Origin: an uncultured Acidobacteriota bacterium
Lineage (GTDB): Bacteria > Acidobacteriota > CAIWXX01
Direction: 5' to 3'
DNA length: 64,000 nt
NCBI GenBank assembly: GCA_903916735.1
Contig: CAIWXX010000085.1
Location: 7,883 to 71,882 of the forward strand
Shown one piece after another: positions 1 to 9,045 of the stretch. The position numbers and the translations under genes are program-made. Numbering within the stretch: the first letter of the stretch is position 1; every line of letters starts with the position of its first letter. The notes beneath the pieces are model-generated. The model was not told the DNA's origin and made no database searches. It was given only the letters and a program-made list of their open reading frames with translations.

Positions 1-419
1 CGGCGTTCGCCGCCGCTGAGTGATCCGGCGCGAGTGTGCGCGATCGAAGCAAGACCCGTCAATTCGAGATGCTCGTTGATCCAGCGTTTGCGCAAAGGCG
101 ATTGAATATGCCGGAGATCATAAAAAAGCTCGAGATTTTCGCGGGCGGATAGATCATCGACAAGATGAATCTGCTGCGGCACATAGCCGATTCGCCGGCA
201 GATGGCACGATCCATTTGAGGGCTGTCCATTCCGAAGAGCTTCACCGAGCCGGAGCTCGGTTCGAGCAAAGTGGCGAGTATCCTGAGCAGCGTTGTTTTG
301 CCGGCTCCGTTCGGCCCGATCATGCCAAGAACGCCCGACGACATTTCCAGTGAAACGCTTTTCAACGCTTCGGTGCCGTTAGGGAAAAATTTACCGATTT
401 CGGTGGCTTCGATGTTCAT
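1..419 (-). CDS. ABC transporter ATP-binding protein (N-terminal part; runs off the left edge of the window)
   Basis: Manual translation from the ATG at 419 gives MNIEATEIGKFFPNGTEALKSVSLEMSSGVLGMIGPNGAGKTTLLRILATLLEPSSG, containing Walker A GPNGAGKTT. Not in the ORF track because it has no stop inside the window. Confidence 0.9.
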   Translation of the reverse strand, partial: MNIEATEIGKFFPNGTEALKSVSLEMSSGVLGMIGPNGAGKTTLLRILATLLEPSSGSVKLFGMDSPQMDRAICRRIGYVPQQIHLVDDLSARENLELFYDLRHIQSPLRKRWINEHLELTGLASIAHTRAGSLSGGER

Positions 420-793
420 GGCAAATTTATGATGCTTTGCTCGGATGTCTGTCGATTAAATTGACCTCCTGTCCGGGCAATTCTCAACAAAGGCATCCAC
501 GCGGCGATCCGCGAACCAGCTGACTGATGTGTCGGGATCGAGGCTTTTTGTATTCAATTGGGCTGAAAGGTCACCCGACGTGTCGAAAATACACTTGTGA
601 TTGGCAAAGATTTTGTGTATTCATCCCGATGGATGGGTGTTTTGACCCTTTTCGAAAACAACTCATCACAAAGCAGTGACCAAATAACAATAACCGGCCT
701 ACATTCAATGTGTACGAAGCGGATTTGAACGAGCCGATGGCAGGGGGGTCATTCGGCCAGCGGATCAGCGGACATTCCAAAAGGGAGGATGCG

Positions 794-3001
794 ATGTTTA
801 TGAGGAATCCGTTCATAGGATCGGCTGCAATCATGGCTCTCGTGCTTATTGCAGGCTTTGGGGTTCCTGTGTTTTGTGAAACCAAACCGATATCGGAAAA
901 AGCTGAAGTTTCCATTGTCGACCTCCGGGTCACTGTCCTGGATAAGGACGGCAAGCCCGTGACGGATCTCAAGGAAAATGAATTCAAGGTCAAGGATAAC
1001 GACACGCTTCAGAGTCTCGTTGCTGCGCAGCTTGTGAGCAGCGGGGTGGCAACAACCTCGACGAACACGACGGCCTCTTCTGCGCCTCAGGCCTTGCATC
1101 AGCCTCGCCATTTCCTTCTCCTGTTCGATTTGACTTACAACGATATGATCGCATTGAAAAATGCGCGCAATGCTGCGCTGCAGTTCGTGCAGCAGGACCT
1201 GGTTGAGACGGATGACGCGAGCATCTTTACGATTGACATCACGGAGGGAGTCAAAATGCATATGAACTTCACCCGTGATAAGGAGCAGCTTTCTGATGCC
1301 CTGCTGAACCTCCGTTCAACCAAGGGGAACAACTTTCTGACAGATTCCGCGGGTCTTGTTCGGATCGTCCCGGAAGCACGCGGCAATCAACTCAAAGGGA
1401 CCTGGATTCGCAAGGGGATGACTTATAATCCCAAGGATGCCGCGAACGACGAAAGCCAGTCCTATCATCAGCAGGTGAAGCGAAACGAGGTGCTCGACTA
1501 CCGCAATAGCGCCGGCAAATACCTGACCTGCCTCGATGCCTTCGCTCAGAGCATCGATACGATGCCGGGAAGGAAAATTTTTCTGCTCTTCAGTAGCGGG
1601 TTCGATTCGAAGGCGCTCGGTGGTCAGACTCTCCAAGAGACAGAAGAAGACACGATGAACTTCATGATGGGCGAATTCCAAAAGATGGACTCCGCGGGGA
1701 GAGAAGTCGATATACAAAATATCGACCTGCTGCAACAAGCGGCATCGCACTTTTCGACGAGCGATTGCCGGATTTTCTGCATCGATCCGAGCGGCAACAG
1801 GCAAACCTCTGCGGATTCCGATACGCCGGCCGATATCAATTTTCGCAATCAGACACTGCTGGAAACCCTATCCTCCGAAACCGGAGGGCAGGTTATTCGG
1901 CACACGAATTCCTACGAAGAGGCGCTTGGCCATGTCATCGAATCGACCTCGTCGTATTATCTGCTCGCCTACAGCGCGCCGATCGGCAAGTCGGGGAAAT
2001 ACCATAGCATCGATGTGGAAGTGACCAGACCCGGTTGTCGAGTCAGCCATCGAAAAGGGTACTTCGAGGACAGGCCTTTTGAGAAATACACCTCGCTGGA
2101 ACGTCAGCTTCAGGTGGCGGCGATCATTAACGAAGCCCGGTCGCCTGCAGGCATCTCAATTACGACAACCGCATTCCAGCTGCCGATGTGCCGGTCAGAG
2201 GCGGCGGTTGCTCCTCGGTCGGCCGAGAACAGCATGTATTCTATTGAAGGCATCGTCGAGCTTCCGGTGAGCGTGCTCGCCGATATGGGATCGAAAAAGG
2301 ACGAAGATATCGAATTCTTCCTGTTCGCCATTTCCGAGAAAAACTATGACGTGATCAGCTATTCTCACGGTCTCGGCAAAGCTCCGGCGACACCGCACAC
2401 AGCCGACGACGAGGCGTTGGACACCGTGCGTGGCGGTCTCCGCTACCTTGGCGTTGTGGCCGTGCCGAAAGGCACCTACAAGATCCTCGGCATCGCCCGC
2501 AATTTGATCACGGGAGTCTGTGCCGTCGGATCGATGTCTCTCAACACAACGCCTCAATCTCAGCTGACCATCGCATCTTGCCTCGTTTCGGAAGGCGGTG
2601 AATGGATGACGGTTTCCTCGAATAAGAACGGCTGCAGCCCGCTCACTTTTGAAGGCAAGCTGGTGGCGGCTCGAGCCAAACCGAATGTCAAGAGCGGAGA
2701 AGAGTGCCTCATTGTGGTGACGTTGAACGGACTCGGTCGCGATCCCATTACCGGGAAACCAACGGCTGATGTGAGCATCAAAACCATCGGGGAAGATGGG
2801 AGTGCGACTCCTCTTTCCGGTTCGCAGCTCCTCAAGGGGAATTGGACGAAGACAAACGATTACGAAATGATTTTTAAGGTCAAACTTCCCAGTGGCCTGA
2901 GCGACGGGACATATTGGTTGGATGTACAGGCCGTGGATCGTGTGGGTGAGAAGAAAGCAGCGACCAGGATACCTTTTGGAGTCGGTCGCACGAATTCCTG
3001 A
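794..3001 (+). CDS. Secreted VWA-domain protein, Acidobacterial VWFA-related type, with C-terminal extension
   Basis: Signal peptide; VDLRVTVLDKDGKPVTDLKENEF N-terminus; FLLLFDL strand; YYLLAY...SIDVEVTRPG...HRKGY end of domain. GGAGG at 784-788 supports the ATG at 794. Confidence 0.8.
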   Translation: MFMRNPFIGSAAIMALVLIAGFGVPVFCETKPISEKAEVSIVDLRVTVLDKDGKPVTDLKENEFKVKDNDTLQSLVAAQLVSSGVATTSTNTTASSAPQALHQPRHFLLLFDLTYNDMIALKNARNAALQFVQQDLVETDDASIFTIDITEGVKMHMNFTRDKEQLSDALLNLRSTKGNNFLTDSAGLVRIVPEARGNQLKGTWIRKGMTYNPKDAANDESQSYHQQVKRNEVLDYRNSAGKYLTCLDAFAQSIDTMPGRKIFLLFSSGFDSKALGGQTLQETEEDTMNFMMGEFQKMDSAGREVDIQNIDLLQQAASHFSTSDCRIFCIDPSGNRQTSADSDTPADINFRNQTLLETLSSETGGQVIRHTNSYEEALGHVIESTSSYYLLAYSAPIGKSGKYHSIDVEVTRPGCRVSHRKGYFEDRPFEKYTSLERQLQVAAIINEARSPAGISITTTAFQLPMCRSEAAVAPRSAENSMYSIEGIVELPVSVLADMGSKKDEDIEFFLFAISEKNYDVISYSHGLGKAPATPHTADDEALDTVRGGLRYLGVVAVPKGTYKILGIARNLITGVCAVGSMSLNTTPQSQLTIASCLVSEGGEWMTVSSNKNGCSPLTFEGKLVAARAKPNVKSGEECLIVVTLNGLGRDPITGKPTADVSIKTIGEDGSATPLSGSQLLKGNWTKTNDYEMIFKVKLPSGLSDGTYWLDVQAVDRVGEKKAATRIPFGVGRTNS

Positions 3002-3048
3002 CATCGCCGGCGCTGTGGGAAGAATGGCAATGGGGAGCGGCTCTTCTG

Positions 3049-3077
3049 GGCAGAGAAGGGCCGCTTCCTGCCTTTTT
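3049..3077 (+). terminator. Probable intrinsic terminator after the VWA gene
   Basis: GGCAG-A-GAAG-ggccg-CTTC-CTGCC stem-loop followed by TTTTT, about 50 nt after the stop at 3001. Confidence 0.55.
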
Positions 3078-3135
3078 GGAAGATCGACATGGAAGAATGA
3101 GCTCGGCGCAAAGCCATGTCGATTTCGGCAGGGGG

Positions 3136-4272
3136 CTAGGGCCGCTTCACGAGCTGTCGATATAGATCCTGCAACTGCCGGACATTGCTATCGAGGCTGA
3201 ACCGCCGGCAGGATTCAATCGCCGTCTGAGCTATGCGCCGGGCCGTTTGCGGCTCCGTCAGCAGCAACTCGATCTTCTCCGCCAGTGCGTTGAAATCGGT
3301 GGGGGGAACCAGCAGAGCGTCGACGCCATCCTGCACGATCTCGGAAATGCCCCCGACTCGCGTCGCCACCACGGCCTTCCCGACGGCCATGGCTTCGACC
3401 AGCACCAAGGGAAACCCTTCTGTGAGAGATGGCATCACCAGGACCGTGAACATCGACATGCACACGGGAATGTCCTGACGGAATCCGGTGAAGAGGACCG
3501 AGTCGCGGATGCCCAGACGCGCAGCCTGCGACTCGAGTTCGCCGCGCAGCGGCCCCTCTCCGATCAGCACGAATTTCGTCTTCGGGAACCTATGCACGAC
3601 GCGCGCAGCGGCATCGATGAAGTACCGGTTTCCTTTTTCTTCGCGGAGCCGCGTGACGGTCCCGACGACGGAAAAGCCATCGGGGATGCAGAGCTCCGCG
3701 CGAAGTGCGGCAACTTGATCGGGCGAGGAGGCGTGGAAGTCGTCGAAGCTGACGCCGTTGTGAATGACCCGTATCGTTTGCTCGGGAATGGATCGGCCGT
3801 GGATCATGAAGCGCTTCACCGCCTGTGAGACGGCGACGCCGGCTGTGGTCTTGTTCCGGAGGAGAAAATCCGCACAGTACTGGTGCGGGCGAATGGTGAG
3901 AATCGCGTGCTCGTGGACGACGGCCGGGATGCCGCACCTGGCCGCGGCAAGGCGCCCGAAGTTGGCCGAGCTGTAGCCGTGCAGATGCACGATGGAGACC
4001 CCTTCGCTCCGGATGACCTGTTCTATCGCCGAGACGGTGCTCGGCGAGAACTTACCCTTGTTCAGGTAGATCACGGTGTTTCCGAAGTCGCGCAGCCACT
4101 GTCCAGCTGGCTCGGGAGTCTTGATGCCGCAGAAAACCATCTCGAATTCCTTCGAATCGAAATGCGGCACCCAGGCCGCGAACAGGCGCGTGCAGCTGGT
4201 CGGGTTCAGGCCGTCCACGGTGAATTTGTCGATTATGTGAAGGACCTTGATCCGGCTGGTTGTCTCAGTCAC
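3136..4272 (-). CDS. Glycosyltransferase family 4 (GT-B fold)
   Basis: IVHLHG, VGTVTRLREEKG, and MPSLTEGFPLVLVEAMAVGKAVVATRVGGISE (EX7E motif). Confidence 0.92.
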   Translation of the reverse strand: MTETTSRIKVLHIIDKFTVDGLNPTSCTRLFAAWVPHFDSKEFEMVFCGIKTPEPAGQWLRDFGNTVIYLNKGKFSPSTVSAIEQVIRSEGVSIVHLHGYSSANFGRLAAARCGIPAVVHEHAILTIRPHQYCADFLLRNKTTAGVAVSQAVKRFMIHGRSIPEQTIRVIHNGVSFDDFHASSPDQVAALRAELCIPDGFSVVGTVTRLREEKGNRYFIDAAARVVHRFPKTKFVLIGEGPLRGELESQAARLGIRDSVLFTGFRQDIPVCMSMFTVLVMPSLTEGFPLVLVEAMAVGKAVVATRVGGISEIVQDGVDALLVPPTDFNALAEKIELLLTEPQTARRIAQTAIESCRRFSLDSNVRQLQDLYRQLVKRP

Positions 4273-4372
4273 AGGCGTTCCCCTTTCTCGGAATTCGCTG
4301 TCCGTCCGGCGACGGTGTCGGGACCGGCGCTCACCAGGGTCCCTTCCAGATCGAAGCTCGGCGCGTCGATCT

Positions 4373-5782
4373 TCATCGGGACATGCTGAACCGGTAGATC
4401 ATCTGGTTCACCCACGCGCGGACCCGCTGGGGGACCTTGGCACGCAGGGTCGTGAGCAGGCGGTAGTTGGAATCGAAGAACAGGCAGATCAGGGCCTTCA
4501 CCAGGTCCTCGTCCTTGTACACCATGTACCGGAACCGGCTCTTGTACCGGCGGATGGCCTTCCGGGACAGGCTGGGGTATTCGACGATCGAGCTGAACTT
4601 GTTGGACCTGATCTGATTGACGTCCTCCCGGAGCCATCCCTCCCTCTCGCAGATGGCCTTGAGTTCCGTGCCGGGATACGGCTGGAAGATGGCGGTTTGC
4701 ATGAAATCCGGCTTGGCCCGGCGGTTGAGATCGATGGTCCGAAGGATCTCCTTGTCCGTCTCGAATGGCAGCCCGACCATGTTGTACACGTACACGGTCA
4801 TGTCGGCCTGCCTGGCCATGCGTATCGCCTCCAGGATCTTCTCGTTCGAATGCCGGCGCTTGAGCACCTCGTTGCGAATGTACTCATCTCCGGCCTCAAT
4901 GCCCATCTGAAGGCTGGAGCATCCCGTATTCCGGAGCAGGGCGCAGATCGGCTCGCTGATCATCTCGGGCCGGATCTGACACCGGAAGGGCAGGCCGATC
5001 TCCTGGCGGTACCGGGCGCAGAACGCCTCCAGCCAGTTGCGGTTCAGCACCAGGACATCATCGCAGAAATAGAGGCTCTTGATCCGGTACCTGCCGACCA
5101 GGTCGTGGAGCTCCTTCATCACGTTTTCCACCGACCTGTACCGGACGAACCTGCCGCCGCCCCGGTAGAGCTTCTGAAGGATCGGGTTGACGCAGTAGGT
5201 GCACTGGTACGGGCAGCCCCGTCCCACCATGACCTGGCCCTCGTAGGCCCTCAATGGAAGCAGCCGCTCGTAGTGGAAAAGCTCCAAATCCACCGGCGGA
5301 AGGCGATCCAGGTCCTGGATCAGGGGCCGGACCTCGTTCCGGAAGATCCGGTCCCCCTCCTTGATATAGAAATTCCTGACATCCCGCAGCTGCTCGCCCT
5401 GCTCCATCCGCGAGACCATCTCCAGCAGGGCCTCCTCTCCCTCACCCACGCATATCATGTCCACCGCCGGCTGGCGGATCGTCTCCTCAGGCTCGATGGT
5501 GGGGTGAACCCCGCCGAACACGATCGGCGTCCGCGTGACTTTCTTGATCCGGCCGGCAAGGCCGCAGCAAAACTGAAAATCCCCGGTCGTCACCGAAAAT
5601 CCGATCAGGCCCGGATCGAATTCCTTGATCCGCCGCAACACCTTCTTCTCCGACAGCCCATACGTGAAATCCAGCAGGTCCGTCTGGTGCCCGAAGGCTT
5701 TCAGGTACGAGGACAGATGCCCGATGCCGACAGAGATATTCTCGTATTTCAGGATGTTGGGGAAGACGAACAAGACCTTCAC
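4373..5782 (-). CDS. Cobalamin-binding radical SAM protein (class B methyltransferase-like)
   Basis: N-terminal B12-binding-like region (GIGHLSSYLKAFGH...IVFGGVHPT) and GRGCPYQCTYC (CX3CX2C). The GTG start at 5782 overlaps the upstream TGA (GTGA coupling), so the ORF-track start at 5941 is probably too long. Confidence 0.88.
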   Translation of the reverse strand: MKVLFVFPNILKYENISVGIGHLSSYLKAFGHQTDLLDFTYGLSEKKVLRRIKEFDPGLIGFSVTTGDFQFCCGLAGRIKKVTRTPIVFGGVHPTIEPEETIRQPAVDMICVGEGEEALLEMVSRMEQGEQLRDVRNFYIKEGDRIFRNEVRPLIQDLDRLPPVDLELFHYERLLPLRAYEGQVMVGRGCPYQCTYCVNPILQKLYRGGGRFVRYRSVENVMKELHDLVGRYRIKSLYFCDDVLVLNRNWLEAFCARYRQEIGLPFRCQIRPEMISEPICALLRNTGCSSLQMGIEAGDEYIRNEVLKRRHSNEKILEAIRMARQADMTVYVYNMVGLPFETDKEILRTIDLNRRAKPDFMQTAIFQPYPGTELKAICEREGWLREDVNQIRSNKFSSIVEYPSLSRKAIRRYKSRFRYMVYKDEDLVKALICLFFDSNYRLLTTLRAKVPQRVRAWVNQMIYRFSMSR

Positions 5783-6525
5783 GACCCCGATTCTCCCCGC
5801 ACGCGGAGAACCCGGGCGGGCACGCCGACGGCCACGGCGTAGTCGGGCAGGTCCTTGACCGCCACGGCTCCCGCACCCATAACCACGTGCCTTCCCAGCC
5901 GCACCCCGTCCGCCACCACGGCGGCCGCGCCTAGCCAGCACCCCTCGCCGATCACGATGGGGCCCCGGGTATAGGACCCCTGCTTCGCCACCGGAATATC
6001 GGTGCGGTCCATGCGGTACATCCCCCCACCGACGTAGCAGTTCGCCGCGAACAGGGTGTCGGCGCCCACCTCGATCCGGCCCATAGAGCCTATCAGGCAG
6101 TTGGAACCGAAATTCGCCCGATCACCGATGTGGATCGATCCGTACTTGCAGATCAGCATGCTGTTGCGACTGATGATGACGTCGCTGCCGACGACAAGCC
6201 CCATCTCGTCCGCCCCTTGCGCGTCCAGCAGACACCCCTCGTCGACATACACGTTCTCGCCGAGGGAGATCTTGTGAGGATGGCGCAAGGACACGTTGCG
6301 GCCGATAACCACACCCCGGCCAACGGACCGGAACAGGCTGGGATAGAAGACCTTGCGAAGGAACAGACCAAGAGCTCCTGGAACATACCCAAGCAGGAAC
6401 GTCACCAGCTCAAACTTCATGAAATACCACAGCGACCTGTCGCCGGTCATGATCCCCCGGTATTTCCGGACTGCGGAACTTCCTTTATCGGCAAGCCGAC
6501 CCTGGAGCGTTTCTTTGCCTTCCAC
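5779..6525 (-). CDS. Hexapeptide-repeat (left-handed beta-helix) acyltransferase
   Basis: Repeated I/V-G-X-X-X-X hexads (HIGDRANFG, VIGEGCWLG, RLGRHVVMGAGAVAVKDLPDYAVAVGVPARV). GGAGG lies 10 nt before the GTG at 6525. Confidence 0.88.
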   Translation of the reverse strand: MEGKETLQGRLADKGSSAVRKYRGIMTGDRSLWYFMKFELVTFLLGYVPGALGLFLRKVFYPSLFRSVGRGVVIGRNVSLRHPHKISLGENVYVDEGCLLDAQGADEMGLVVGSDVIISRNSMLICKYGSIHIGDRANFGSNCLIGSMGRIEVGADTLFAANCYVGGGMYRMDRTDIPVAKQGSYTRGPIVIGEGCWLGAAAVVADGVRLGRHVVMGAGAVAVKDLPDYAVAVGVPARVLRVRGESGS

Positions 6526-6801
6526 AGTAAAAGAACCTCCTTGTTTGCGCTGCGTCCTGCCCTGCGACGAAACGGCATCTCTCTTCTTATGCGATCCGCC
6601 GTTGAATGTCAATAAGTCTCCTTTTTTGTCAGCGCTGACGCATGAAGGATGTTTGGGTGTCAAGGATGCGTTCGTGTGAGGCCCTCTTTAGGACTTGGGG
6701 ACGGATTGTGTGCGAATGGGTGCGAAGTCTGTGGGCAATCATCCGATTGTGGGACGTACTTGGATGCAGTTCATCGGGGTTGGGGTAAGGCTTCGGCGTG
6801 T

Positions 6802-7158
6802 TTACGAGGGGGATGATCTGAATTGCGTTAGTCCCACCGGAGTTGGAATGTGAGGGTTGAGGCGCTCACGCACCCAGATCCGATCGAGCCAAGGGCCGGC
6901 GAGGGTCTCTCTGAGAAATTCGATGAACGCCCGCACACCCAAAGACCGGACGATTTTGATAAGAGCAGTGGAGTAGATGGCCAAGATGTTGAGGGTGTGC
7001 GCGAGACGCATCAGGTAGTGATAGCCCTTCATGGCTTTCCAGTCGAACGAGAAGCAGTGCTCGTAGTTGTAGCCGTGACGCTTTTCGACGAGAAACGCGG
7101 ATTCGATAGCCCAGCGATGCCGTGCTCCGATGTTGCATCGTTCGTGGACGTTACCCAA
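6802..7158 (-). pseudogene. C-terminal fragment of a DDE transposase (IS relic; family uncertain)
   Basis: NVHERCNIGARHRWAIESAFLVEKRHGYNYEHCFSFDWKAMKGYHYLMRLAH resembles the RWxIE catalytic-helix region of DDE transposases. There is an in-frame stop just upstream and no N-terminal part. Confidence 0.7.
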
Positions 7159-7490
7159 CGGGCATCACCGTCCCCGCCAACCGGATGGCGAGCGTGAATA
7201 CCATCCCTCACAAAGTCTTGCCTGCATGGAACTGCACCATTGTTCCCGACACACCAAAAATGTGAATTGGTTCTTGCGCCGCCCCTTGGTGAGTATGATT
7301 ACACCAATCTGGTCGGTGCCCTAAATTGCACCGATGATTCGGAAAACACGGGCGGACACATTCGATGCGATTCGCATATTGGAAAAAGAACCGCTGAAGC
7401 TGTCGAGAAGCGTCGAGAAGCGAGGAAGAAAATGGAGGAGTGAATTTTTCCACCCCTCCTCAAATGCCAGGACCTCTTTTTGAACGGCGC

Positions 7491-8738
7491 CTACTGTCCG
7501 TACATCGCGATAATTTCTTTCTTTCCTTTGCCGAGAATATCGTGCTTCTTTCCGACCTTGATGAAGGCGGCGATGGCCTTGTCGAGGTGATGTGTTTCGT
7601 GAGCGGCCGACATCTGCGTGCGGATGCGGGCTTGCCCCTTCGGCACAACCGGAAAGAAGAATCCGACGACATAGATACCTTCAGCAAAAAGATCGCGAGC
7701 GATGTCCTGTGCGAGCCTGGCGTTGTAGAGCATGACAGGAACGATCGGGCTTTCGCCTTCTTTGATGTCGAATCCCGCTTCCGTCAGCAGCTTCCGCCAG
7801 CAAATGGTGTTCTGTTCCAGCTTATCGCGCCGCGCCGTTGTTTGCGAAATCAGGTCCATCACTTTCAGAGCCCCGGAGACAATGACGGGCGCGACAGTGT
7901 TGGAGAAGAGGAACGGACGCGCTCGCTGGCGACACATCTCAACCAGCTCCTTGCGACCGCTGACACAGCCACCGGAAGCGCCGCCGAGGGCCTTGCCGAG
8001 TGTCGTCGTGATGATGTCGATTTTCCCAACGACTCCGCAGTGTTCGTGAGTGCCTCGGCCGGTTTTGCCGATGAAGCCGCTGGCATGCGATTCATCAACG
8101 AAGACCATCGCGTTGTATTTCTCGGCGAGCGCGACAATCTGGTCGAGTTTGACTAGATCGCCGTCCATCGAAAAAACCCCGTCCGTGATCACCATGCGAA
8201 CCCGCTTGTCCTGGTGCTCCTGGAGCTTTTCTTCGAGATGAGCCATGTCGGAGTGCTTATAGGTGTCCTGCATGGCTTTGCAGAGGCGCATGCCGTCGAC
8301 GATCGATGCATGAACGAGCCGGTCGGCAATCATCACATCTTTTTCCGTGAGGACGGCTTCGAACACCCCCGCATTAGCATCCATGCATGACGGGAAGAGA
8401 AGCGTGTCTTCGGTTCCCAAAAACTCGGTCAGTTTGTTTTCGAGCTGGCGGTGAATATCCTGTGTGCCGCAGATGAAACGCACGGAGGACATCCCATAGC
8501 CGCGATAATCGAGCCCTTCATGGGCGGCCTTGACGACATCGGGATGGCTCGACAATCCGAGGTAGTTATTGGAACAGAGGTTGATGACCTGTTTCGGCGC
8601 GGCCCCCACTGGGAACTCAACTGCAATTCCCGCTGCTTGAGGCGAATGAATATAGCGTTCCTCCTTGAAAAGCCCGGCTTCGCGGATACCGCTTATTTCA
8701 TTTTCATACCATTCTCGTGTCTCTTTGCTGTAAGCCAT
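7491..8738 (-). CDS. kbl: Glycine C-acetyltransferase (2-amino-3-ketobutyrate CoA ligase), PLP alpha-oxoamine synthase
   Basis: NLCSNNYLGL, GMSSVRFICGTQDIH (SVRFICGTQ is characteristic of Kbl), DESHASG, and TTTLGKALGGASGG containing the PLP lysine. Confidence 0.88.
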   Translation of the reverse strand: MAYSKETREWYENEISGIREAGLFKEERYIHSPQAAGIAVEFPVGAAPKQVINLCSNNYLGLSSHPDVVKAAHEGLDYRGYGMSSVRFICGTQDIHRQLENKLTEFLGTEDTLLFPSCMDANAGVFEAVLTEKDVMIADRLVHASIVDGMRLCKAMQDTYKHSDMAHLEEKLQEHQDKRVRMVITDGVFSMDGDLVKLDQIVALAEKYNAMVFVDESHASGFIGKTGRGTHEHCGVVGKIDIITTTLGKALGGASGGCVSGRKELVEMCRQRARPFLFSNTVAPVIVSGALKVMDLISQTTARRDKLEQNTICWRKLLTEAGFDIKEGESPIVPVMLYNARLAQDIARDLFAEGIYVVGFFFPVVPKGQARIRTQMSAAHETHHLDKAIAAFIKVGKKHDILGKGKKEIIAMYGQ

Positions 8739-8750
8739 ATTACACTCCTG

Positions 8751-9008
8751 TCACACACGACCTTTGGTAAAGCGCGTGACTAGATCGGCGATGTTGTTGA
8801 TACTGTCGAATGCCTGCGGAGTTGCGTCGGCATCCGGTATCTGGATATTGTACTTTTTTTCCAAAAACCGTTTCAGCGACACCATTGAAAAGGAGTCCAC
8901 AATTCCGCCGGTGATGAGCGGGGTGTCTTCCTTGATCACCCGGTCATCGCCTTCTTCCAAGTACTCCCGGGTTACATATTCCGTGACCATGCGTTTCACT
9001 TCGTCCAT
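8751..9008 (-). CDS. Acyl carrier protein
   Basis: 85 aa, acidic; LITGGIVDSFSMV phosphopantetheine serine motif; FDSINNIADLV C-terminal helix. Confidence 0.88.
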   Translation of the reverse strand: MDEVKRMVTEYVTREYLEEGDDRVIKEDTPLITGGIVDSFSMVSLKRFLEKKYNIQIPDADATPQAFDSINNIADLVTRFTKGRV

Positions 9009-9045
9009 AGTGTTCTTCCTCCTGTGCGTGAATCTTCGTTCTCGT

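Noticed and set aside
4247-5842. 531-aa plus-strand ORF
   Set aside because: Antisense shadow of the high-GC radical SAM gene, with no recognisable motifs.
7491-8738. Serine palmitoyltransferase (sphingolipid synthesis) call for the AOS enzyme
   Set aside because: The SVRFICGTQ and TLGKALGGASGG motifs fit Kbl better, and no ceramide synthase or reductase is adjacent. The analogy is kept only at the level of operon architecture.
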